A model generated the notes under the pieces. The model searched no databases. It was not told where the DNA came from and saw only the letters and a program-made list of their open reading frames with translations. The translations under genes and the position numbers were made by a program. Below, piece by piece: positions 52,771-64,000 of a DNA stretch of 64,000 nt (its first letter is position 1; each line of letters begins with the position of its first letter). Source of the DNA: Nymphaea colorata (Eukaryota); contig NC_045138.2 in NCBI RefSeq assembly GCF_008831285.2, positions 36,270,001 through 36,334,000 of the forward strand, in the 5' to 3' direction.

Positions 52771-55762
52771 TTGAAGGGTACCAATTCAAAAAAATTTATC
52801 CTTTTCAAAAACACAGTAAAATGATTGGGGGGCACCAATATATAAATAAACAAGTGATTTGGGAATAACCAATATGTAAATAACTAAAACTTATAGTACT
52901 ATGTGGGTAATTGCGAACGCAAACCCACAAGTGGCTAAACAAAACCACCAGTAAACTATGTGCAAGCTAGATCCAAACCAGATAAGGTTTGATATCATAT
53001 TTTATTTATCGAATCTGACTGAACTAATATAGTTAATTGACCCATTGGAATCCCCATCTCACGGAAAGAACCTCACTAGCCAGTGGCTGATATTTATATG
53101 TATTTATTTTTTTTTTTCCAAATAAACAAAAACCTTTATCTTATACATAAGATCGCGTCAGTGAATAAATGGTGACTATTAGTTATTTATTCAGAGGCAC
53201 CTAACTCACTAACTAGAGCCGTCAGATTTATCATGATGGATGGTTAAGAGAAAAACAATAACAAGAAAATGCAAACTAATACTATATAACAAAAATGTTC
53301 ATAATTATTAAAATATTTTCTCACCAAACTCTAATCTTGTAGATGTTAACAATGTTTTCACAAAAAATATATATTGAGTTAATCAACATTTTATAGTTTA
53401 GTAAATTTTATAATGATATTGACTGGATTACATATAAGCCTAGATAACCATGTGCAAGATAAGGAGATGTCCCTAGTTGTTGACTCTTCAGTACTACCAG
53501 TAGCAGTCAACAAAATGCCCTAAATTAAGGTTTCTCTATGGGCAGCACTAATTACATGAACCAACGATCACGGGACTACCAATTCTAAACCCTTGAAGAA
53601 TTTGATCCATATTTTGAATTTTTATGCTTTTCTTCGTTCGAATCTCAGCTTTTGAAAAAAAAAAATAGATTAATTTATCAAATAAAGAATAAAGTCATAT
53701 AAAGCATCACTGTTGCTTCAATAGTAAAAAACTTTGTCAAATATTTTATTTTTCCATATATAAAATTTTGGAGTCTCACTGGACCATGTGTTAGCTAGAT
53801 GGGGTTGACCCCAGTTGTTGACTCCTGAGTTTACTAGCTTTTATCTGCACAAGAATCAAGATATTGCACAGACATTGGGTTACTAATCAACACTGAGTTT
53901 CAGGGACAAGTCCCAAGACTTCTTTGTCTTAGATTTGGGAAAAAAAAAAAAAAAACATTTGATTCAAACAATAGATGTAGGTTTGTTGTTGAAATTCATG
54001 GATCTAAAATCTTTCAACTTAAGATCTCAGGATTCCAGATCCCTCCATCTGATATCTAAACACACAAAATATATAAATATCCTTCACTTGGATTTTCTGT
54101 TTTCCATCAAACACGGATTTTATGGGGTCTGGTGAAATACGGATTGTAAAAGCACCACCCACAACTTAAGCTTAGTTTTTGTTCCCCATGAGGTCAATAT
54201 TTAAATACCTTCAGATATTTCATCAACGTAATTAAGAATATGTTTTTCAGGAAAATTCTCCCCTAAATGACTGCATATAAAGGATTAAGAAAAAAGCAAA
54301 AGTATATTTTTTCTTACAATAAAAAATGGAAAATAACGGGATATTTCCGTAGCTGCTGATAATAACAAATAACGGGATATAGTCCGAGGTCTTCTATCCG
54401 ATCTGGGCTTTGACCGGAGAGACTAAACCGAGCCGAGCCGAGCCAACGGAGTTCGGCTTGCCGTAACTATTCTTAATATTTTAACGTCGTTTAACCTAAT
54501 CGCCGTTTACTTTAACCCCGTAACGGTTAAAACGCAGAGTAGGACGAAAACACCACGAACTTTTGTTTACGCAAATTCATAGCCTTACTAGTCTTCACTC
54601 TTCCGTTTCTCAAGATCTCAGGGACAAAATTGAATAACAAAAAATCGCTCCTTACGCTTCTGCTGGAAGGTGAAAGGTCGTTCTCTCCTCCCGCCGACTC
54701 TCTCTCTTTCGCTCTGGCGAGAAAACGAGTGCTGGGAGCAGTCCTGAGGCATTATTTTATCTCCTTCGGATCGAGCATCCGGTTTCTTGGCCACCCACAA
54801 ACGCGAAGATCTGCTATACTGGAGGGAGATTGAGGAAAAGTAAAGAATCAGGCGAAATTGGTTTCCGGATCTCCGGTTTCTTGCGCAGGACGATCACCGG
54901 AGCATGCCATGGTTCCTCACCTTCTATCTGCAAGCGAATCGTTAGATGTGTATGCTTTTCTTTTAGCTTGTGTATATTTTTGGCTCTCTTATCCGCAATT
55001 TCTTTCATGATGTCGCATTTTCTCAGTGAATTTTATAGTGATAAGAGAGTTATTGCTCTACCCATCTATTCTTTCCCGCTCTTCTTCCGTACTTTCTCAT
55101 AGTTTCCTGGTTCCATCCATCCAGGTTATGCATTTTTTGATGGTTCTCAAATATATGCATGGTGGTGTCCTTTATATAGTTGTTCTGTGATGTAATAACG
55201 ATTCTGTCCATTAGTGGGTTTTGGATGGTGTTCCTTACATGTCCGAGTTTGAAGCTATTCTTGGTCCGACTCAGTGTGATGGGGGTTTGAATAACTGAAC
55301 ATTTTCCAGTTGATTTCGAATGAAATAGTGCATGGAAACTATCTTTGTAAATTTTGAAGTGAATTCACGGATGGTATATTGCATAATGTGCTTGTGAAAA
55401 GCCGTATAAAAATTATACTTTTTTGTTGTTGGAAAGCGTGTTTAACGATTTTTAGGTTGAGCTGGTAGAGACCTACATTTATTGGGTAGGGAAGGGGCGA
55501 GGGGAATGAATCTTTCGTCTTTGGGGGGTTCAAACTTCAAACTATTTGTTGCACTTTATTCAGAATTTGTGGTTGTTTTTTATGACTTATCTTCTCATGA
55601 CAACATGTTTTGTAACTTGTGATAACCCTTTGTGCAGCTTCTCAGTGGTGACTTGATGAGCTCCGTTTGTGCACTTTCTGTTTTGTAATGCAGGGGATAT
55701 GTACCCGTTCTTTGTTCTCGGAAATGCATGCTGTAATAACGTGTATCTCCTGACCTGTTGAG

Positions 55763-58700
55763 ATGTTATTCAAATCGAAGATCAAATGGGCAGCGCTCAT
55801 CGGATTCACATTATCAATATTTTCTCTACTGGTCCACCTGCTTCTTGCTAAATATTCCGGTGGGAACCTATTTCATTATCGTGAATCGTCAATTTTTTTT
55901 ACACGAGATCGCGTCCTCAGCTTTAGGGGGCAGGTATAGTTGAAGTATAATTCTTGCTTCTCTTGCTGTACTATTGACTGGATGGTTGAGAGTCAATACA
56001 GGCATAACATGTAAATGGTTATCATCATTTCAGAGTTCTCGATACAGAAGGTTATGGGGCACTACGAGAACCTTGGAGTCCTTGCTGCCATATGCAAGCC
56101 CACGAGTCAAGTATCCAGGTAACGCTTCTCTTTAAGCTTGCATCCTTCAAGCTCTTTACATTTGAATGTTGTTTATCTACTTAACGGTCTTGTGATTTTG
56201 TATCATGACGAATAGCTGTTCCTACAGCTTCATGCCGTTTTTGAGGTTTTGGGGGAATTTTCCTACTTTAGATCTATACCTATCTGTTGTTATACTTTTG
56301 CATTTGAAATCTAGCATGCTGTATGCTGTATATTCACATCGAGCTTGGGATGGATTTTATGGCTATTGTTTTAAGCTCACTCATATTTTGGTATTCATAT
56401 AAAGATATATTTGAGGTCATCTCATTAGGTGCTTTAAGATTATTATTAGCATATGGGAATATCTTTTTATCTTTAAGGTATTCCCATGAAAATTTGTCCA
56501 ATTTATGGAGTATATGCTGATATGAAGGGCTAGGGTAGGGTTAAAGCAGTTGGAAGAAAATGCATGCATCGACTGCTTCATCTCTGGGCGAGGGTTGTTG
56601 CTGGTGGGGATGATCCAGAACTTGAGGATTGGCTTGTGGCGAGTGTAGACCGGATTGGTGATGAACCAAAGGTGGTGTTTCCTGTTGAAGCTTATCAGAA
56701 AATGGAGGAGCCATATGTTTTGCTGCGGTGGCTAGGTTCTATGGTGGAAAATCAAATACGGGCATGGATTATAGGTATGTTTTTTCAGGCTTTATGGAAG
56801 CTTTGGGTGAATGTCAATTGCCCTAAATTTTCTGTCATTGGGAATGAGAGATTTTTGGTGAGGGTGGGTTCTAAGGGAGAGCTCACGGAGGTCCTGCGAC
56901 GCATAAAATGGGTTGTTGGAGGCCGTTTTCTTATTGCCAGTCGATGGAAGCCAGGTTATGAACTACGCCTAGATGAGGAAGAGTTGGTCCCTTTATGGCG
57001 GATGAATGTACTCTACACAGGGGAGAAGCTTAGATTAGCACGGTTGTGCATAGAAGTGCCTTTCAGCTTTAAACCGGTGGCCAAAATCAAGCTTGAAGTC
57101 ATGGAGTCCAAGATGCTATTTCAGGAAGTGCTCTATGAGTCTAAGGTTAGATTTTGTCGTGCGTGTGGCACTACCTCGCACTATGAGGATGCTTGTAAGA
57201 ATAAGGGAAACTTTGAAAGCAAAACTGCAGAGGACAAGCCTTGGCATAAGGTTTTGGTGGTTAAGAAAGCCAGAGGAGGTTTCCGAAGAAGTGAGTCTGG
57301 TGGAGGGGAGTTTCATGCTAACAGATTTGCAGCGATTAGCCACCAACTTGAAAAGGTTGAAGGGCGAAGAGTCGAGCCTGTTCAACATCTAGAAGCTGGT
57401 CCGTCTCGCCCTGATGGAGACAGGGGTGCAAACTCTAGACAGCAGATGGATGGAAAGAAGGCTGGTGATAATGAGTGTAAGAAGTACAATAAAAGAGGGA
57501 TGAAGGGGGAGAAGAATGCTAGTTTTGGCCAGGGAGAGGAAAAGAAGGTTGATGATACTGGGAATTGGCAGAGTAATCTTTTTTCAATATTAAAGAGACG
57601 GCTGTAGAGAGCATTGGTGAGCAGGAAGGCCCATCCGGGTTCATGTTCACAGCTGGGTCCGAAGACTCATTCTCCGGCGCTATGCTTATGAAGAAAGGGG
57701 CTAACTATGTATCGGTTTTTGAAGGTAGTCAAGTGGAGATTTCAAATGAAAGGAAAAGATGGACTAGGAAGTATAGTGGACATATAGTATGTACATAGTG
57801 TGCAGATCCTTGAAATGTGCACTGCTTATTTGAAGGAGGTCCTAGCTAAGGATGAAGTGCAAGAATGTTTGTTTGAAGACATTGATAACAGAGTGAGGGT
57901 CACAAAATCTAAAAATGAGGAGCGTCTTTAGCCTGTCTCAGAGGAGGAGGTGTGTCTACAACAGTGTGGAGTTTAGATAAGGACATTGCAGTTGATCAGG
58001 ATGGATTCCCTAACTACTTATATCAGGAGTGTTGGGCGATGGTGAAGGCTGATGTTGTGATTGCTATGCAAGAATTTTTCTTGTTTGGAAAAATGGTTAA
58101 GAGTATTAATGAAACTATGATATGTCTCATCCCTAAAGAAGAAAATTCCAAGAACGTTGAAGATTTCAGACCCATTTCCTTAGGGAACACTATATATATT
58201 AAGATTATCGCGAAGGTTATTGTGAATAGGTTGAAGGGCACCTTGAGCCGTATTATTAATGTTAACCAAGCAGCCTTTTCGAAAGGGAGACATATCCTTG
58301 ATAACATCATGTGGGTTAATGAGATCATTAATTATGAGGAGTTCTGGGACAAAGGAGGCTGTTGTCTTAAGCTTAATTTGATGAAAGCTTATGAGAGTGT
58401 TTTCTGGGCTTTCTTAGCAATAATATGCAGTTTTTGGGGTTTCATTCTAGATGGATTGATAGAATCATGAAGTGTGTAACTTCACTGTCTTATGAGATTC
58501 TTGTGAATGGTAGGATGGGAGAGAAGTTTGATGGGAGACGTGGCTGCGACAAGGTGATCCCTTGTCCCCCTATCTTTTTCTCATTTTTATTGAAATGTTC
58601 AATAGATGCCTCATTAAAGAACCAATTATCAAAAATATCTTTGTCCCTAAAATTTGTCGCGTGAGGCCTAATGGTTGCATTATGTTGTTTGCCAATGATG

Positions 58701-61700
58701 TGATAATGGTGGTTAAGGCCTCAAATAGAACTATTAGTACAATAGAAGCTATTTTGCAGGACTTTGAATGCTTTGCTGGTATAAAGGTGAACAAGCACAA
58801 GTTTGAGATTTTTGCTAGAACCACAGTCGACTGCCACGTGGAAAATTCAGAGTATTTTACAATGGTCATTTGGGGATCTTCCCTCAGAGTATCTTGGGTT
58901 ACCACTGTTCTTGGGGAGTCTTACAGAAGATCTTTGCTTGCCGCTCCTCACTAAGGTGGAGAAGAGGTTGGATGGATGGAAAGCTTAGATCTTGTCCTAC
59001 GCGGGCCGGCTATGCCTCATCCGGTATGTGTTCATGACTTTGCCTTACTATTGGATGATGACCTTTAGATTGTCTAAGGTCGTATTAAGGAGAATCGAAC
59101 AAACTTGTATTAAGTTCTTGTGGAATGAGGAAAGAGGGGTTGGGATAAGAAGGCTTGAGGAAGTGAACAGAGCGATGCTCGCCAGCAGTTGTAGTCGTCT
59201 TTTGACCAGTGAGGATCCTTGGGCGAACATGTTTAAGGAAAAATATTTGATCTCTCATAGTCTTTGGACACTCAAAAGATCTCCTAAACAAAGCTGGGGC
59301 TGGAAAGGATTGCATTGGGGATGGGGCTGGATTTAAAACAAAGTTGAGTGGAAAGTAGGAAATGGAGAATGGATCAGGTTTTGGATTGACCGATGGCTAC
59401 GGCAAGTCCTCCTCCATAGGGTCAATGGGAATGGATACGTGCTATGTCACATGAGTGCATGGTGCGGGTGCGATGTGAGTGCGGGTGTAGGTGCTGGTGC
59501 GATGTATCCCAAAAAATTTGGGTGCGAGGGTGTATATATACAATATATTTATTATATATATATATATATAAATGTATGTATTCGTAATGTATATAATTTT
59601 AGCTTGTTTCTTAGCTTAATCTATCATTTCTTTTTACTTTTATTACTATACATAAAGAAAAAAGGGGCATGGAGAAGAAAAAAAAAGAATGAAAAATATT
59701 TTGAACTTGCATAAGAAAGAACGATTGGGGTCTGTGTTGGTGCTACACCAGTACCAGCATCAGCACCAACGTCGTGTCGACACGGGTGCCACCCCTTTTT
59801 TGAAGAGTCCGTGTGACATAGGATACGTGATGATTTGTAGTGATTTTAAAAACAATATTCAAGAGCAACTTTGTGTTAACTAGTCCCTTGCTATTGCTAT
59901 GCATCTTGGAGTGTCCGTTGCTAACATTAGGCTACGTGATGCCGAGGACACGTTGGTTTGGAGTGATGGTGGCAATGAGAGCTTCAAGGCATGAGAGATT
60001 ATCAAGAAGTATAGAGTCTAGGGTACTAGAGAATGGTGGCAGAAGAAACTATGGACTAGCCAAGCCCCATCCATGTTGGCATTCCTACATTGCTTGTGAA
60101 GGTACGCTCCCCACCCTTGATAGGATCGAGAAGGCTGGTGTTCAGCTATCTAACCACTGTTCTTTGTGCCAATGTGCTGAGGATACAAATGTCCATGTCT
60201 TCATAAAATGTAAGTTAGCAAAGGAAGTTTGGAGGTATATTGCTGCAAAGTTTGGTAGAGTTAAATTCCTCCAAGGTGAGATTGTACATGAGTTTAAGAG
60301 ATGGCTGCAAGCAAAGATCTTGGGGAAGTGGATGGATCAGTGCTAGAGGATGTCCTTCTTAATTGTCTACTAGAACATGTGGCGTCTCAAGAACAAATGC
60401 TTCCATGACAGTATTGAAACCTCATTAAGTTCAAGAAAGAGGTTTGGAGGAGCTGCATGGATAGCTTTTCTTCTGTCAAGTGGCCTCCTGAGACAGAAAT
60501 TAAACTGAGAATTTGGATGGAAACTGGGTTTTATTGTGAAGACACCATCAGCTCGGTTAGAAATGGCTGGTTAATCAACATTGCTAGAGCCAATACCAGG
60601 CATGGACCGAAAATTGCAGGCTTGAGCTATGCGGTTAATGGGCAACTGGGTTGTGTGGTGATTGTTAAGGATCGTGGAAAGATTCACGAAGGAGAAATGG
60701 AAGTTTTGGAGCGCATTCTCAGATTCCATAAGGAACATGGTGGCGACTATGCTATCATTTCCCCTATCAAAGATTGGGTAAAGAAAATTAGACAAATGCA
60801 GGTTGGAGCAGGTGTTTTGATCAAGTTCAGGTGAGAATTTATGTGGAGCAGGGTGCTGCTACAGTTGACAAGGATCATGCCAATGACCTTCACGACTATT
60901 TCGCTGACTTGAATATGTAAATACATAGCTTGTAGGCTATGTTCTATAAAAAATTTTTTGGTGAAGGGTTGGGCCAATCCTTTTGTGCTTATTGTTAAGG
61001 TCTTTTTCTGGCCTTCCCTTGTATATAATTATTTTGTTGAAATAAAGGTAGGAGGCCTAACCCCCAAGCAAGCTCTTTACTTCAATTGCTTCATCTCTTT
61101 CTTCAGATGGACGAGCCACTCACCCTAGTTCGACATAGTGAGCATACCGTACCTACCAATGGAGCCAAGGGAGGACTGGTCAACAAATCATGTGTTTCTT
61201 TGACGCCAAACATAGCAGTGAAACCATTCCCCTGTTTGTTGCTCAGGAAGAAGGTCCTTTCTCCAATTTATTCTCATCCATTGAATGAAAACAACTGGAG
61301 GTGGGGAAAGGGAAGTGGAACAGGAAGTGCACACTTAATTATATGTGTATGTAATATAATATTTTCAGGGTACCAAGGAATCAAACAAACTAAATGCAGT
61401 GAAATACTTGTTGCTAATTTCTGAGTTTGCGATATGGTTTACTAGTAGCGGTGGGAACAACTGATATTTTTGTTAAGGTAGCCCTGTTTTCTGTATTTGT
61501 TATTCTTCTTTACATCCATTAAACTTGTCGATTTACTAGAACGTGTGCTGTCACTGCCACTTCGTTGAGATATATTTGCTTAAAATTTATTGTTCATCCA
61601 TTTTGTCCTTATTTTTGAAATGATTGTGGCAGGTCCTCCTAAGCAAAATGGTTTCATTTTTGTTAAGATATATGGTGGATTTGAGAAGATAAGATCTTCG

Positions 61701-63585
61701 GTAAGATTTGCATCTATAAGGCCATTGTTCCGTGAAGCAGATTGTGGACTGATATTTGCTTTTTAATGTGCTAGATTTGTGATGTTGTTGTTGTCGCAAG
61801 GATGCTAAATGCGACACTTGTTATTCCAGAGATACAAGAGAGTACCCGTTCAAGAGGGATCAGGTTTTGTGGCCTATAGTTTTTGGTTTATTTTCTCTTC
61901 TGATCTTGTCTGCTTTGTAAATTGGTCCCCCATTTCTTTTCAACTTTTTGCAGTTATAAGTTCAAGAGCTTTTCATATATTTACGATGAGGATCGTTTCA
62001 CATCAGCACTTGCAAAGGATGTTGTTGTTGTGAAAAGCCTACCTAATGACATGAAGGATGCAATGAAAAAAATGAAATACCCCACAATTTCACCACCACG
62101 ATCGGCTCGTCCAAATTTTTACAGGAATGAGGTTTTGCCAAAATTGAAGGAAATGAAAGTTGTCAAGCTTGTGATATACGATGGAGGATGCCTTCAGGTA
62201 AAAAAGCATCTTTGCTGGGCCTTTAACTTCTCCTGATAAAGCCTCTCGGTAGTAGGTGAATTAGATGGAAGTACAGGTCAAAGCCTTGAGGGGAAAGATT
62301 TCTTATTCAGAATCTGCAAGGATGATTGACCTTGAAAATAAGTATATTGTCCTCTTAAAAGATCAAATGCGTCTGTGCTTGGTCTTTGTCAGGAGCCATG
62401 CATGGAAAGTTGGAAATGTTCTACTAGAGTTCTCTCTCAAAGTTTTATGTTTGATAGCTAAGTAACTCAGACTCTTCAAAACAGGTGTGGCAATCAATTT
62501 GATTTCTTTTTTATTGAATGACTGATAGAATTAAAGCTTTTTAATTTTTAATTTTTTTGTTGTTTGTGGCCAATTTTTATATATACACACACACAGACAT
62601 GCACGCACAAAATATGTCAGATTCATGAAATTTGAAAAGTTAATTTGGATATAGTATAATCTACCTGAGCTTTTCAACGTCTAGTGTATTGATGGAGGTG
62701 TGTGAAATAGTGATTATCCATCTTATTAATGACGGCATTCATTCACATAAATTGAACTCATTTTATGCCGATGTTTTCCTAAGAATCAGTTCAAGTTGTT
62801 CATGTTTTTAAAGATTTTCTTCTAAAGGATAAAAAACCCATTATTTATTAATCTTTTAGTAATACCGATATGAATGCTATCAACCCATTTGGTTGATGCC
62901 TTAAATTCTACCGCAGTATTGATGGGTATGAAACTATGAATTCCATCTCATCTAGGTATAGGGTAAATATGATGCACGTTACTGATACGAGTTTATGCGA
63001 GCTGGAACTAGGAAGATTACTGATCTTCTGCAGGTTTTGGTTGCAAATTTTAGCTGCATCATTGTCCTGTGATAGACTTCTGTGATGAAATTTAAAATGG
63101 TCAATCTCTGGTGCATGGGCCATGTAGTCGCATGGTCTGATGAGCCATTATTTTGGTATATTGACTGGTCATGGCTTATTATTTTTTGCAGTCCATTCTT
63201 CCAGAAAGAATGGCAGAGTATCAAAGGCTTAGATGCCGAGTGGCATTCCATGCACTTCGTTTCCGTTCTGAGATTGAAGACCTTGGACGTCGGTTGGTGC
63301 AGAGGTAATAATCTAAAAATGTACATATATTAGTATTGGGATTTGTGAAGTCTTTTCTGTTAATCAAGCTGATAAAGATTGTGGTTATGTGAATGAAGGG
63401 CTAGTGTATGTGATTTATGGTTCGACAAAGAATTGGTTATGTACCTTTATTATTCTATTTGTTGCTTACCTGTTAAACTACATTTTCTTTTCAGGTTACG
63501 AGCTTCAGGGCAACCTTATCTGGCTTACCATAGTGGTCTAATTAGGGAAACACTAGCATACCATGGCTGTGCTGAACTTTTTCAG
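55763..63585 (+). CDS. O-fucosyltransferase family protein (GT106/DUF246; EDA30/OFUT27-like), 3' part beyond the window
   Basis: Exons 55763-55933 (MLFKSKIKWAALIGFTLSIFSLLVHLLL, TM), 56034-56118 (RRLWG..LESL.PYA.PR), 61633-61700 (NGFIFVKIYGGFEKIRS), 61775-61863 (ICDVVVVARMLNATLVIPEI), 61954-62197, 63192-63304 (YQRLRCRVAFHALRFR) and 63495-63585 (LAYHGCAELFQ). Confidence 0.92.
56564..57607 (+). pseudogene. LINE ORF1 (DUF4283-like region and CCHC zinc knuckle), still open at 347 aa
   Basis: W..GGRFLIASRWKPG, ARLCIEV, YE...FCRACGTTSHYEDAC (CX2CX4HX4C). Confidence 0.8.
57830..60834 (+). pseudogene. LINE ORF2 remnants: reverse transcriptase, zf-RVT and C-terminal region
   Basis: DFRPISLGN, NQAAFSKGRHILDN, LRQGDPLSPYLF, catalytic motif degraded to LFANDV, YLGLPL, SYAGRLCLI, CSLCQCAEDTNVHVFIKC; multiple stops and frameshifts. 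Confidence 0.9.
59442..59821. mobile_element. hAT-type MITE (380 bp) nested in the LINE
   Basis: TIR CTATGTCACA...TGTGACATAG; perfect 8-bp TSD GATACGTG at 59434-59441 and 59822-59829; subterminal GGTGCG/GCACC repeats. Confidence 0.92.
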
Positions 63586-63811
63586 GTTAATTAGCATTTT
63601 TTTTTGTTTTTCACACACAAACATCTCTCTCTCTCTCTCTCTCTCTTTCTCTTTTGTCATAATGAAACTTCGATGGCATAAGCATTAGTGAAAGAATTGC
63701 TCCATGTTGTATATCTATTTTCATGTATGGATATGGTGAGTGGTCCATGAGGAAGCGTGGGTCTTGAAGAGAGGGTTAGGAGTCCATTGTCACAGAAAAT
63801 GCATCTTATTT

Positions 63812-64000
63812 GAAAAAGGCGCGTATAATACGCCAAAACACAGTCAGCCGTATAAAACATGAAAAAATGCCAAAATTTAAAAACGTGAAAAAAGCGTGTA
63901 TTATACGCGTTTTTTTCGTATTTTTTATGATTTTTTATTTTTTTTTATAATGTTCAGGATTTATTTAATGTTTTAAATTTTTTAAAAATTTGCCGAGATT
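63812..64000. repeat. Probable MITE-like element truncated by the window edge
   Basis: CGCGTATAATAC (~63820) and GTATTATACGCG (~63898) form an inverted repeat, followed by an abrupt shift to AT-rich sequence. Confidence 0.4.

Larger units (their letters stand above)
56520..61060 (+). mobile_element. Degenerate L1-clade LINE retrotransposon in the OFUT intron 56119-61632; boundaries approximate
   Basis: ORF1 with zinc knuckle, followed by frameshifted RT and zf-RVT remnants in the expected order; AATAAA near 61041. Confidence 0.92.

Noticed and set aside
53585..53593. CTAAACCCT as a telomerase RNA template
   Set aside because: Isolated telobox with no USE/TATA Pol III promoter upstream.
55665..55693. 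GT...AG segment as an intron creating a 27-nt microexon in the OFUT leader
   Set aside because: 29 nt is too short for a plant spliceosomal intron; treated instead as alternative acceptors.

Overview
Gene-dense euchromatic window from a flowering-plant nuclear genome (spliceosomal GT-AG introns, abundant GA/TA/TTC microsatellites); the species cannot be determined from the sequence. Eight intron-containing protein genes were reconstructed by hand: a CIPK/SnRK3 kinase (+), a UBC22/UBE2S-type E2 (+), canonical calmodulin (-), a VARLMGL-motif protein with a probable 18-nt microexon (-), a membrane-anchored cupin resembling the bacterial CapF/FdtA nucleotide-sugar cupins (-), an SnRK1 beta subunit (-), UTP11 (+) and an EDA30/OFUT27-like O-fucosyltransferase (+, runs off the window). 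There are two intact cytosolic tRNA genes (Phe-GAA, Trp-CCA) and a decayed plastid-type trnD-GUC (organellar insertion). A dead L1-type LINE fills an OFUT intron and carries a nested hAT-type MITE with an 8-bp TSD; other MITE-like elements and several tandem duplications are also present. The best leads are the CapF-like cupin, the uORF-packed OFUT leader, a complex duplication with a templated 18-bp insert in UBC22, the tRNA-Trp trailer that mimics its own acceptor stem, and a splice donor overlapping the calmodulin stop codon. Exon boundaries were read by eye, and family assignments come from recalled motifs, not database searches.
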